NCBI GenBank assembly: GCA_963828255.1
Contig: CAWHDZ010000015.1
Coordinates: 96,001 to 160,000 of the forward strand
Direction: 5' to 3'
From: an uncultured delta proteobacterium
Lineage (GTDB): Bacteria; Myxococcota; Myxococcia; Myxococcales; Anaeromyxobacteraceae
DNA: 64,000 bases
Of this stretch, positions 40,639-50,541 are shown in pieces. The position numbers and the translations under genes were made by a program. Every line of letters begins with the position of its first letter. Positions within the stretch are counted from its first letter, which is position 1. Under the pieces are notes generated by a model that worked only from the letters and a program-made list of their open reading frames with translations, searched no databases and was not told the origin of the DNA.

Positions 40639-41970
40639 GTGAAGCGATTCGTTGGCATGTGGCTGGTCATCGGGGCGGTGCTGGTCGGGCTCGTCGGGCT
40701 CTTCTACGCCTTTTACGCACTGGCGGCCCTGGGAGCGAAGGGCGCGGTGGCGCTGGGCTTCCCGGGCTACTTCGGCAGCGCCATCGTGAATGCCGTCACG
40801 CTCATGGCGGTGACGCTCATGACGTTGGCGGCGCTCCTCACCGTGGCCGAGCGCAAGTGGTCGGCCGCCATGCAGGATCGCATCGGCGCCAACCGCATCC
40901 TGATCGCGGGCAAGTTCGCGCTGGGCGGCGTGCCGTACCTGCTCGCCGACGCGCTCAAGATGCTCACCAAGGAGGCCATCTACCCGGTGGCCAGGTCCAG
41001 ATTTCTCTTCGAGGCGGCCCCTGTGCTGGCCTTCGCCCCCACCTTCGCGCTCTTCGCCGTCGTCCCGGTGGGGCCCGAGGTCCGGGCCCTCGGGCAGACG
41101 GTGGGCATGTGGGTGGCCAATCCAGACGCCGGCCTGCTCTGGATCTTCGCGCTGGCCGGGATCTCGGTCTACGGCACCACGCTGGCCGGATGGGCCTCCA
41201 ACAGCCGGGTGGCCATGCTCGGCGCGGTCCGCGCCAGCGCCCAGATGGTCAGCTACGAGGTCTCGCTGGGGATGTCGCTCGTCGGCGTGATGATCGCCTA
41301 CAAGACCCTGAGCCTCCAGCAGATGGCCATCGCCCAGGGCGCAGCCGTCCTCGGGCCGGTCCCGGCGCTCGGGCTCCTGCTCCAGCCGCTCGGGTTCCTG
41401 GTCTTCTTCACCAGCTCCTTCGCCGAGACCAAGCGGGCTCCCTTCGACCTGCCGGAGGGGGAGAGCGAGATCGTCGGCTACTTCCTCGAGTACTCCGGGA
41501 TGAAGTTCGGCCTGCTCTTCCTGGCCGAGTTCGTGGAGGTGGTGATCCTGGCCGCCGTCACCACCGCGGTCTTCCTGGGAGGGTGGCACCCCATCTTCTT
41601 CGAGGGATGGATGAAGGCCAACCTCGACCCGATGCTCTTCGGGGCGATCTGCGCCACGGCCTTCCTGGGCAAGGTCATCCTCCTCACCTGGATCCAGCTC
41701 GTCATCCGCTGGCTCCTGCCCCGTTTCCGATACGACCAGATCCAGGGGCTGTGCTGGAAGCTGCTCCTCCCCGGCGCCATCCTGAACGTCTTCGTCACCG
41801 GCGCAGCGGTCCTCGTCGACCCCAGCCTCCAGGTCCTGGCCTGGATCGGGGTGGCCGAGATCATCGCCATCTTCGGGATCACGCTGGCGGTCTCGAAGCC
41901 GAAGGCGGCCCACGGCGGGCACGACCACGGCGACGCCCACGGACACGCCGCCCACGCCGCCGGACACTGA
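40639..41970 (+). CDS. nuoH: NADH-quinone oxidoreductase subunit H, copy 2, with His-rich tail
   Basis: [35 protein letters not shown]. Confidence 0.94.
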   Translation: MKRFVGMWLVIGAVLVGLVGLFYAFYALAALGAKGAVALGFPGYFGSAIVNAVTLMAVTLMTLAALLTVAERKWSAAMQDRIGANRILIAGKFALGGVPYLLADALKMLTKEAIYPVARSRFLFEAAPVLAFAPTFALFAVVPVGPEVRALGQTVGMWVANPDAGLLWIFALAGISVYGTTLAGWASNSRVAMLGAVRASAQMVSYEVSLGMSLVGVMIAYKTLSLQQMAIAQGAAVLGPVPALGLLLQPLGFLVFFTSSFAETKRAPFDLPEGESEIVGYFLEYSGMKFGLLFLAEFVEVVILAAVTTAVFLGGWHPIFFEGWMKANLDPMLFGAICATAFLGKVILLTWIQLVIRWLLPRFRYDQIQGLCWKLLLPGAILNVFVTGAAVLVDPSLQVLAWIGVAEIIAIFGITLAVSKPKAAHGGHDHGDAHGHAAHAAGH

Positions 41971-41974
41971 CGCC

Positions 41975-42679
41975 ATGCCCTACCAGATCGACAACCGCCC
42001 GGCCGACGCCCGCGAGAGCATGTACTTCCCGGAGATCTTCCGGGCCATCGGACTCGTGGTCACCACCTTCTGGCGGAACGCCTTCTTCTCGCGGGACCCG
42101 AACACCGACATCCTCGAGCGCGACCGCACGCGGAACCGCGTCACCACGCTCCAGTACCCCGAGGAGAAGCAGCCGTACCCGGTCGGCTACCGCGGGCTGC
42201 ACCGGCTGGTCCCGCGCCCCGACGGAAGTCCGCGCTGCGTGGCCTGCTACATGTGCGCCACCGCCTGCCCGGCGCAGTGCATCTACATCGAGGCCGCCGA
42301 GGTCGAGGGCGACCCCATCGAGAAGTATCCGAAGCAGTTCGTCATCGACGAGCTGCGCTGCGTGGTGTGCGGGTTCTGCGTGGAGGCGTGCCCCAAGGAC
42401 GCCATCCGCATGGACACCGGCGAGCACCCGCCGCCGACCTACGAACGCGAGGGGCAGATCTACGACGTGAAGCGGTTGCTGCGCGGGCCGCCCGTCTCGT
42501 ACGAGAAGGACCCCTGGCTGGTGAGGCCGTCCAGGCTCACCGACGCCGCGCAGAAGGCCAACCGGGCCGCGGCCAGGCCGTACGGGACCGAGGGCGCCGA
42601 CGAGTACACCCAGACTCCGGGGTTCTCGGTGCGCGAGCTCACCGCCGAGGCCAGGGCCAGGGGCGAGGGCGGGAAGTAG
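41975..42679 (+). CDS. nuoI: NADH-quinone oxidoreductase subunit I, copy 2
   Basis: [31 protein letters not shown]. Confidence 0.94.
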   Translation: MPYQIDNRPADARESMYFPEIFRAIGLVVTTFWRNAFFSRDPNTDILERDRTRNRVTTLQYPEEKQPYPVGYRGLHRLVPRPDGSPRCVACYMCATACPAQCIYIEAAEVEGDPIEKYPKQFVIDELRCVVCGFCVEACPKDAIRMDTGEHPPPTYEREGQIYDVKRLLRGPPVSYEKDPWLVRPSRLTDAAQKANRAAARPYGTEGADEYTQTPGFSVRELTAEARARGEGGK

Positions 42680-42680
42680 G

Positions 42681-44003
42681 TCATCGCGGCATCTCCCCTT
42701 CGGGGAGATCCCGCTGCTGGAAGGGCGCCACCCGCTGCAGGAAGATGAATCCGGGGGCCGCCAGCAACGCCGCGGTGACGAAGAACCACTCGTATCCGAG
42801 CGCCTCGGCCATCCAGCCGCTGGGCGGTCCGGAGAGCGTCCTCCCCAGCCCGAAGAGGCTGGAGAGCAAGGCGTACTGCGCCGCCGCGTAGCGCCTGTCG
42901 CACAGGCGGGTCACGTAGGCGAGGAGCGCCGACGTGGCCATGCCCTGCGAGGCGTATTCGCCGGCGATGGCCAGGTAGGTGGCCGCCCGGGTGGCCGCCG
43001 ACACGGTCGCGCCCCCGCAGAGCGCCACGTCGGTGACCCCGGGGTGGGTGGCCGCGGCCAGCGCGTAGAGCAGGTTGCCGCCGGCCTGGGCGAAGCCGAA
43101 GACCCAGAGCGCGCGCCCGATGCCGAGCTTCGTCATCAGGGCCGCGCCCGCCCCGGCGCCGGCGATGGTGGCCGCGGTGCCGATGGTCTTCACCATGAGG
43201 CCGATCTCGGCGTTCCCGAAGCACAGGTCCTTCAGGAACGGGTTGACCATCGACCCGCCCAGGTTGTCGCCGAACTTGTAGAAGACCAGGAAGAAGGCCA
43301 CCTCGACGGCGCGGCTGCGGCCGAAGAAGTTCCGGAAGGGCTCCACCACCGCCTCCTGGAAGGTGCGGGGCGCGGCGACGACGACCCGGGGCTCAGGGGC
43401 GGCGAGGGTGAGCAGGACGAGAAGCGCGAAGACCGCGCCGAGCGAGGCGAAGACCCAGGCCCAGGGGAGCCACTCCGAGGCGAAGATGGCCAGCGCCCCG
43501 GCCACCAGCATGCCGATCCGGTACCACATGATGCGGAGGCCGCTGGCCGGGCCCACCTCGTCCTTCTCCAGCACCTCGACGGTGTAGGCGTCGAGCGCGA
43601 TGTCCTGGGTGGCCGAGAAGAAGGCGATGGCCAGCGCCAGGAGCGCGACCCCGGTGGCCGCCCCGGCCACGAGCACGTCGTGCCCGGCCGGGCCCGGGAC
43701 CAGGTGGCGCGACACGTAGGCGGCCAGCGCGCCCAGCGAGGCGGTCAGGGCGAGCTGCATGGCGGCGATCCAGCCGCGGCGGCGCCCCAGCCAGGGGAGG
43801 GCGAAACGGTCCACCAGCGGCGCCCAGAGGAACTTGAAGGACCAGGGGATCGAGACCACCTGGAGGAGGCCGATGGTCTTCAGGCTCACCCCGGCGCCGC
43901 GCAGGAACACCTGGAGGGTGTTCATGACGAAGCCGAGCGGCATGCCCGAGGAGAGCATGAGCAGTCCGGCGAACTGGACGCGGCGGCTGCGCAGGGCGGA
44001 CAT
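42681..44003 (-). CDS. ampG: AmpG-family muropeptide MFS permease
   Basis: SSGMPL, KFLWAPLVDR, GRRRGW, SATQDIALDAY, FYKFGD, QYALLSSL. Confidence 0.9.
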   Translation of the reverse strand: MSALRSRRVQFAGLLMLSSGMPLGFVMNTLQVFLRGAGVSLKTIGLLQVVSIPWSFKFLWAPLVDRFALPWLGRRRGWIAAMQLALTASLGALAAYVSRHLVPGPAGHDVLVAGAATGVALLALAIAFFSATQDIALDAYTVEVLEKDEVGPASGLRIMWYRIGMLVAGALAIFASEWLPWAWVFASLGAVFALLVLLTLAAPEPRVVVAAPRTFQEAVVEPFRNFFGRSRAVEVAFFLVFYKFGDNLGGSMVNPFLKDLCFGNAEIGLMVKTIGTAATIAGAGAGAALMTKLGIGRALWVFGFAQAGGNLLYALAAATHPGVTDVALCGGATVSAATRAATYLAIAGEYASQGMATSALLAYVTRLCDRRYAAAQYALLSSLFGLGRTLSGPPSGWMAEALGYEWFFVTAALLAAPGFIFLQRVAPFQQRDLPEGEMPR

Positions 44004-44015
44004 CGCCGCGGGACT

Positions 44016-45737
44016 CTACCCCGGCCGAACCCGTGCCGCGAACTCCGCGGAGGGGAGCGTGTTCAGCACCTCGCCCCGGGTCACCCAGGCGCGCCGCGCC
44101 GTCATGACCGCGTAGGGAAGGTTCTGGAGGCCGGCCACCGAGTGGGCGTCGGTGGAGAGCACGAGGGGGATGCCGCGCTCCCGAGCCAGGCGCAGGTGGC
44201 GGGGCTCCATGTCGAGCCGGTGCGGGTCGCCGTTCACCTCGATGGCGACGCGCGACGCGGCCGCCGCATCCAGCACCTTCTCCATGTCGAGGCCGTAGGG
44301 TTCCCGCTCGAGGAGCAGCCGCCCGGTGGCGTGCCCCCAGATCTTGAAGATCGGAAGCTCGAGCATGCGGACCATGCGCCGGGTCATCTGCTCCTGGTCC
44401 ATCTTCATGCGGGAGTGGACGCTGGCCACGACCACGTCGAGCTTCTCCAGCACCGCGTCGGGCCAGTCGAGCGCGCCGGTCTCGAGGATGTCGGCCTCGG
44501 TCCCGCGCAGCAGCCGGATGCCGACCTTCTCCTGGACCCGCGCGATCTCCTCCCACTGCGCCTCGAGCCGGGCCAGGTCGAGTCCCCCGGCGTAGGCGGC
44601 GCTGCGGCTGTGGTCGGTGACGGTGAGGTACGCCATGCCCATGTCCTCGGCGGCCCGGGCCATCTCCTCGATCGAGGCCCGGCCGTCCGACCAGGAGGTG
44701 TGCACGTGGACCATGCCCTTCACGTCCTCGACCGTCACCAGGTCGGTGGGCAGCCGCCCCTCGCGGGCGGCCTCGATCTCGCCCGAGTCCTGCCGAAGCT
44801 CCGGCGGGATGGGCTCGAGCCCGAGGGCGCGGTAGACGTCCTCCTCGGCCTGGATCGGGACCTTCCCGCCTCCGTCGAGCCGCTCCAGCCCCCATTCGCT
44901 CAGGGTGAACCCGAGGTCCCGGGCCAGGCCGCGCAGCCGCACGTTGTGCTCCTTCGACCCGGTCATGTGGTGCAGCAGGCTCGCGTACTCCGCGGGAGGC
45001 ACCACCCGGAGGTCCACCGAGAGGCCGCCGGCCAGGCGCACCGTGGTCTTGGTGTCCCCCTTCGCCACCACCGATTCCACCCCGGGGGCGGCGGCGAGCG
45101 CGTCGGAGAGGCGCGCCGGCTCGACCGACGAGGCCACGATGTCGAGGTCGCCGACCGTCTCCTTCCAGCGGCGGGCCGATCCGGCCAGCTCGACCCGGTC
45201 GGCGGCCCCGGTGGCCCGCAGCAGCCGGACCAGCTTGTAACCGATCTCCCGCGCGTCGGAGAGGCGGAACCGGGTGGCGGCGGTGCGCATCCGGTGGATG
45301 CCATCGAGGATCTTCTTCTCGGTCCTCTCGCCGAAGCCCTTCACCTCGCGGACCCGCCCATCCTTGCAGGCGGCCGCCAGCTCGTCCACGCCGGCGATCC
45401 CGAGCGCGGCGTGGAGCGCGGCGATCTTCTTCGGCCCCAGGTCGGGGATGCGCAGCAGCTCGCCGATCCCGGCCGGCAGCTGGCCGCGCACCCGGTCGAG
45501 CAGCTCGAGCCTCCCGGTGCGGGCCAGCTCCTCGATCTTCCCGGCCAGCGCCTTGCCGATGCCCGGCAGCTCGGTGAGCGTGCCGGCGGCGATGACCTCG
45601 TCGAGGTCCCCGGGCAGCTCCTCCAGCGCGCGCGCGCCGTTCTCGTAGGCCCGGACCTTGAAGGGGTTCTCCCCCTGCACCTCGAGGAGCAACCCCAGCT
45701 CGCGGAGCGCACCGGCCACGGCGATCTTGTCGGCCAT
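44016..45737 (-). CDS. polX: DNA polymerase X with C-terminal PHP domain
   Basis: GENPFKVRAY, GSARR..GDLD, VDLRVV, TGSKEHN, PPELR, HVHTSWSDG, TDHS, STDAH. Confidence 0.94.
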   Translation of the reverse strand: MADKIAVAGALRELGLLLEVQGENPFKVRAYENGARALEELPGDLDEVIAAGTLTELPGIGKALAGKIEELARTGRLELLDRVRGQLPAGIGELLRIPDLGPKKIAALHAALGIAGVDELAAACKDGRVREVKGFGERTEKKILDGIHRMRTAATRFRLSDAREIGYKLVRLLRATGAADRVELAGSARRWKETVGDLDIVASSVEPARLSDALAAAPGVESVVAKGDTKTTVRLAGGLSVDLRVVPPAEYASLLHHMTGSKEHNVRLRGLARDLGFTLSEWGLERLDGGGKVPIQAEEDVYRALGLEPIPPELRQDSGEIEAAREGRLPTDLVTVEDVKGMVHVHTSWSDGRASIEEMARAAEDMGMAYLTVTDHSRSAAYAGGLDLARLEAQWEEIARVQEKVGIRLLRGTEADILETGALDWPDAVLEKLDVVVASVHSRMKMDQEQMTRRMVRMLELPIFKIWGHATGRLLLEREPYGLDMEKVLDAAAASRVAIEVNGDPHRLDMEPRHLRLARERGIPLVLSTDAHSVAGLQNLPYAVMTARRAWVTRGEVLNTLPSAEFAARVRPG

Positions 45738-45760
45738 GCCCGGATGTATAACCACGGGAC

Positions 45761-46864
45761 CTACTCGATCGTCGATCCCGTGACCGTCATCGCTCCGGAA
45801 AGCACGAAGAACCCGGGCAGGGACTGGACGTCGATCCCCGGATTCGAGCGGAACGTGGACCGGTCGAGGACGACCGAACCAGTCCGGTCGTTGCTCACGA
45901 AGAACACGGCTCCGGCGAGCTCGCGGGCGGAGTTTCCGGATACCTCGCTCCCGCAGACCGTGAGCGTGTAGGTGTTCCCGTCGTTGTAGATCGCTCCGCC
46001 GCTTCCTCCCCCGGGAGCGCCGGCGCGCGCCGGGTTCTGGCCGGCTCCGACCGCCTGGTTGCCCGTGAAGACCCCGTTCAGCACGGTCCAGGAGACGCCG
46101 ATGCTGCCGAGTGCGCCGCCGTTCGATCCGACGTTGCCGCGGCCGGGTGCGCCGAAGGTGCTGTCGACGACGTGGACCGGTCCAGCCTGCTGGAACGCGA
46201 AGATGGCCCCGCCGGCCACGTCGGGACCCGTCGCGGCGCAACGGTTCCCGAGGAAGACGCTGCTCACGACCTTGAGCTGGCCACTCCGGGCGTAGATCGC
46301 TCCGCCTCCGAGCGCCGGGTCGTCCGCGGCGCCGTCGGCGAAGGTGATGTTCTGCACCACCAGGCGCGGGTGCGGGTAGTCCTGGCAGTGGTCGGTGATC
46401 CAGTGCTGGGCCGGGTCGCAGCCGTTCATGTAGAGGATCCGGTGTCTCCCGCCGCCCGAGAGGGTCACCTTCCCCCCGCCGTCGATGATGAGGTCGCCGT
46501 TCCGGCTGACGCCGGCGTCGTTCACGAGCTTCACCTCGCGCGGCAAGGTGATCGTGACCGGATCCGGTCCGCAGTCGAACGTCACCACACCGGCCCGGGC
46601 GACGGCAGCCTCGAACGCCTCGGGAGTGCAGCTGGCCGGCGTCCCGGCGCCGACGACGGTGGTGGGGTGCGACACGTCCTCGGCGAGGCCACCGGCCGGA
46701 ACCGCGCACGGGCGGTCCGGGTTTCCGGCGGGGATCTGCGGACCCGGCGTCACCGTCACGCCGCCGACGGCGTCCCCGCCGCCGCCGCACGCCGCAGCAG
46801 CAGCGGACAGGATGGCGAGGGCGAGGACCGCGGAAGGGCCGGGAACGCGCTGCATCCCGGACAT
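45761..46864 (-). CDS. Putative lipoprotein with beta-helix/Pmp-like GGAI repeats
   Basis: Signal peptide ending AAAA-C; repeated GGAI/GGAL and FxxN motifs. Confidence 0.7.
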   Translation of the reverse strand: MSGMQRVPGPSAVLALAILSAAAAACGGGGDAVGGVTVTPGPQIPAGNPDRPCAVPAGGLAEDVSHPTTVVGAGTPASCTPEAFEAAVARAGVVTFDCGPDPVTITLPREVKLVNDAGVSRNGDLIIDGGGKVTLSGGGRHRILYMNGCDPAQHWITDHCQDYPHPRLVVQNITFADGAADDPALGGGAIYARSGQLKVVSSVFLGNRCAATGPDVAGGAIFAFQQAGPVHVVDSTFGAPGRGNVGSNGGALGSIGVSWTVLNGVFTGNQAVGAGQNPARAGAPGGGSGGAIYNDGNTYTLTVCGSEVSGNSARELAGAVFFVSNDRTGSVVLDRSTFRSNPGIDVQSLPGFFVLSGAMTVTGSTIE

Positions 46865-46989
46865 TCTTCACGGCGCGGCCGGCCCGTCCAGTCGGCCGGA
46901 GCCCGGCCGGAACCCGGCCGGAACCCGGGGGAGCCGCCGCCGGCCCGTGCGGCATCCCGCGGGTGGCGGTATAACTCTGCGAGCCCGCC

Positions 46990-47613
46990 ATGACGTCGAG
47001 AACCATCGCCTTCACCACCCTCGCCGTCCTCGCCGGTGCGTGCGCCAGCCCGCAGCCGGTCACCTGGTCGCAGATAAGCCCCCCGGTGGCCTACGTCGAG
47101 ACGCTGCCCCCCGAGGCGCTGGTCGCCGTGAACGGCGTCGAGGTGGGGAAGGGCAGCGTGGCCTTCCCGGTGCCGGACGAGTCGAGGGGCTACGCGATCC
47201 GCGCCACCGCTCCGGGCTTCGAGCCGCTCGAGAGCACCGTCCCCGGGTCGAAGCTGGCCGGTACGCGGCTCGAGCTGGTGCTGCGTCCGGAGGGCTTCGG
47301 CAGCCAGCGCCACCTCGCCGCCGGCGAGCCGGTGGGGCTCCTGCAGGCGGCCGCCGCGCTCCTCCGGGCCGACCGTCCGGCCGACGCCATCACCTTCGCC
47401 CGGGCGTCGCTTGCCGTCGGGGATTCGCCCCAGGGGCACAAGGTGTGCGGCCAGGCTTACCGCCGCCTGGGCAAGCGCGACCTGGCCATCAAGGAGTTCA
47501 GCCTCTACCTCTCGCTCGCGCCCGACGCCCCGGACCGCAAGGCCGTCGAGGACGCCATCTCGGCCGCGAGCAGGGACATCGACATGGCCGCGCCCAAGGC
47601 GCGGCTGGAGTGA
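46990..47613 (+). CDS. Putative lipoprotein, PEGA-like domain plus TPR
   Basis: LAGA-C lipobox, ETLPPEALVAVNG, C-terminal TPR (GQAY..YLSLAPDAPD). Confidence 0.7.
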   Translation: MTSRTIAFTTLAVLAGACASPQPVTWSQISPPVAYVETLPPEALVAVNGVEVGKGSVAFPVPDESRGYAIRATAPGFEPLESTVPGSKLAGTRLELVLRPEGFGSQRHLAAGEPVGLLQAAAALLRADRPADAITFARASLAVGDSPQGHKVCGQAYRRLGKRDLAIKEFSLYLSLAPDAPDRKAVEDAISAASRDIDMAAPKARLE

Positions 47614-48155
47614 CGGAGGTCCCCCTGGGACACGAGGAACACCGCCAATCCGGAGCCCGCCCGGTCCGGGTTTACGTCGTCACCGCCTCCGACTCGCGGG
47701 GGGAGGCCGAGGACGCGAGCGGTGCCTGGCTCAAGGCCGCTCTGGCCGCGGCGGGGCACGTGCTGGCCGGCTACCGGATCGTGCCGGACGAGCCGGAGCT
47801 GGTCCGCGGGGCGCTGGCCGCGGCGGCGGAGGCCGGGGCGGAGGCCGTCATCGTGAACGGCGGGACCGGCATCTCCGGGCGCGACCGGACCTACGAGGCG
47901 GTGTCCGGGCTCCTCGAGAAGCGGCTCGACGGCTTCGGGGAGCTCTTCCGGATGCTCTCCTTCCAGGAGATCGGGAGCGCCGCCATGCTCTCCCGTGCGG
48001 TGGCCGGGACCTGGCAGGGTCGGGCCGTCTTCTCGGTGCCGGGGTCCACCGCCGCGGTCCGGCTCGCCTGGGAGAAGCTCATCGGGCCGGAGCTCGGACA
48101 CGTGGTCTTCGAGCTCGCCAGGCACGCGCCGGGCGCCCGGCGCCACGGCGGGTAG
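47610..48155 (+). CDS. moaB: Molybdenum cofactor biosynthesis protein MoaB/MogA
   Basis: GTG overlapping upstream TGA; TASDSR, VPDE, NGGTG, GFGELFR, AMLSRA, PGS. Confidence 0.9.
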   Translation: MTEVPLGHEEHRQSGARPVRVYVVTASDSRGEAEDASGAWLKAALAAAGHVLAGYRIVPDEPELVRGALAAAAEAGAEAVIVNGGTGISGRDRTYEAVSGLLEKRLDGFGELFRMLSFQEIGSAAMLSRAVAGTWQGRAVFSVPGSTAAVRLAWEKLIGPELGHVVFELARHAPGARRHGG

Positions 48156-48158
48156 CGC

Positions 48159-49109
48159 ATGGCCCCGCGGAGACCGCGCCCCTCCCGTGACCGAGCGGCG
48201 CGGCTGGCGCCGCTTCTCGACCTGTTCCAGCGCGGATTCGACTCCGCCGCCCGCCTCCCCGCAGACCCCGTGGAGTTCCCGCGCCGGTACGCCGACCCGG
48301 GCGACGCCGAGGTGGCCGGGCTGCTCGCCGCCTGCCTGGCCTACGGCAGGGCGGACGTCTTCAAGGGCAAGGTGGAGCAGGTGCTGGCGGCCGGGGAAGG
48401 ATCCCCGGCCGCCTTCGCCGCCCGGCTGGCGCGGGACCCCGACGCGCGGGTGCTCTCCGGCATCCGCTACCGGTTCAACACCGGCGAGGACGTCGCGGCG
48501 CTCCTGGCGGCGGCGGGGTGGATCCGGGCGGGACACGGGTCGCTGGGAGCCCGGTTCGCAGCCTTGCTCGGCGAGGCAGGAGCCGGGGAGGGGAGCGGTG
48601 CGGGGAAGCCGCCGCTGCGCGAGGCGCTCACCCGGTTCGCAGCCGAGCTCCGGTCCGCCCCGCCGGCGCTCACGATCCTGCGGGAGCGGGGCCTCCGCGG
48701 GCTTCGCCACCTCTGCCCCGACCCGTCCGCGGGAGGGGCCGCCAAGCGCTGGAACCTCTACCTGCGCTGGATGGTGCGGGGGCCGGACGGCGTGGACCTG
48801 GGGATCTGGCGGGACGTGGCTCCGGCGGTCCTGGTCGTCCCGCTCGACACCCACGTGGCCCGGGTGGCGCGAAGGCTCGGCCTCACCCGCCGGAAGGATC
48901 TCTCCTGGCGCACCGCCGAGGAGGTGACGGCGGCGCTCCGGGTGGCCGACCCGCTCGACCCGGTGCGCTTCGACTTCGCCCTCTGCCACCTGGGGATGAG
49001 CGGACGTTGCCCGCCGCGCCGCGCCCCGGAACGCTGCGCGGCCTGCGGGCTCAGGGAGGGCTGCCCGGCGGGCCGAGGTAGCCGCAGCGCCAGAGCCGGA
49101 AGGTGGTGA
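48159..49109 (+). CDS. TIGR02757/DUF2400-family protein
   Basis: DPVEFPRRY, LAYGR, KRWNLYLRWMVR, PLDTHV, DPVRFDFAL. Confidence 0.85.
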   Translation: MAPRRPRPSRDRAARLAPLLDLFQRGFDSAARLPADPVEFPRRYADPGDAEVAGLLAACLAYGRADVFKGKVEQVLAAGEGSPAAFAARLARDPDARVLSGIRYRFNTGEDVAALLAAAGWIRAGHGSLGARFAALLGEAGAGEGSGAGKPPLREALTRFAAELRSAPPALTILRERGLRGLRHLCPDPSAGGAAKRWNLYLRWMVRGPDGVDLGIWRDVAPAVLVVPLDTHVARVARRLGLTRRKDLSWRTAEEVTAALRVADPLDPVRFDFALCHLGMSGRCPPRRAPERCAACGLREGCPAGRGSRSARAGRW

Positions 49110-50527
49110 CCTTCTTGCCGGCCCGCTTCACCTCGAGCGGGGCGAGCGGGACGAGCGGGTCGCAGCGCTCGGCACGGGAGAGGCACCAGCCGGCGTCGCG
49201 GTCGTCGAGGACGACGAGCACCTCGCGCCCGATGAGCTCCCGCGGGTCGCGCCAGAAGTCGTAGGCCAGCCCCGGCTCGCCGAAGGCGTTGGAGGACCAG
49301 GTCTCGGGACGGCCGGGCAGGTTGAAGGCCAGAGTGCTGGCCGTCCGGTAGAAGCAGCCGATGACGGGCATGGGGCCGGCCACCCGCTGCTCCGCCTCCA
49401 CGCGCGCCGCAAGAATCCCTCCAGCCCGCCGTGGTGTCGTCGCGGGCCGGGAAGGGGAGCGCGGGCACGATGGGCATGAGGGTGAGGAAGAGGGTGGAAA
49501 AGGCGGCCAGCGAGACGGTCGCGATCATGAGGCCGCGCCACTTCCCGGGGTCGGCCACGTAGACCGCCACGGCGGCGAGCAGGGCGGTCGGGTAGACCGG
49601 TACGGCCCAGTTCATCTTCACCCAGTGGAAGGGGGAGACCACGATCCAGAGCGCCATCATGGGGACCGAGAAGAGGGCCATGAGGCGCATGGACTCCTCG
49701 CGCCACCGGCGGACCGCCACGACCATGGCCGCCAGGAGCACCAGGAAGAGGAGCGGCGAGACCACCAGCGCCTGGAGGCCGAAGAAGCGCCCCACCAGCA
49801 CCGGCTCGAACTGCATCTCCTGCCCGCGCTTGCCGAACTGAAATCCGAAGGAGGCCCAGCCGTGGGTGGCGTTCCAGATCACCACCGGCGAGAAGACCAG
49901 GAGCGAGAGGGCCGCGCCGGCCCAGGGCCAGGGGGTGGCGAGCATCCTCCGGCCCCGCGGGTCGAGGAGGAGCGCGGCCAGGATCTGCGGGAGCAGGAGG
50001 AAGCCGGTGTACTTGCCCAGCGCCGCCACCCCGGTGGAGAGCCCCGCGGCCAGCAGCCAGGCCGGGCGATCGTCCTGCAGCGCACGCACCGTGAAGTAGA
50101 AGGCGGCGATCCAGCCGGCCACCAGCGGCCCGTCGGGGGTGATGATGGTCTGGCCCAGGGAGAAGAACGGGGTGACCAGCATCATGGCGAGCGCGGCCAG
50201 GGCGGCCCGCGAGCCCAGCAGCCTTCGTCCGGCCAGGAAGAAGAAGAAGCAGAAGACCGCCGACCAGGATGCCGCGGCGAGGCGCACCACCCGCTCCGAG
50301 TCGCCCAGGAGGAGCGTGAAGGCCCGGATGGTCCAGGCCGCGGCGGGAGGATGGTCGAAGTAGGATAGGGCCGGGTGGCGCGCGTACTGCCAGTAATAGG
50401 CCTCCTGCGGCGAGAGCGGCAGGGAGCCGGCGTAGGCCACGTGCATGATCGTGGAGAAGGCCACGAGCAGGAAGGCGACCGCCGCGTCGGAGAGGGCGCG
50501 GCCGGGGGGCGGGGAGGGGAGGGTCAA
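49051..50527 (-). CDS. GT39/ArnT-like membrane glycosyltransferase, split by a +1 frameshift at ~49414
   Basis: QEAYYWQY, YFDHPP, TPDGPL, GKYT, PVVIWN; removing one base gives ...AGWRDLAARVEAEQR...; probable TTG start. Confidence 0.8.
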
Positions 50528-50541
50528 AGGCGGTCCGTTGG

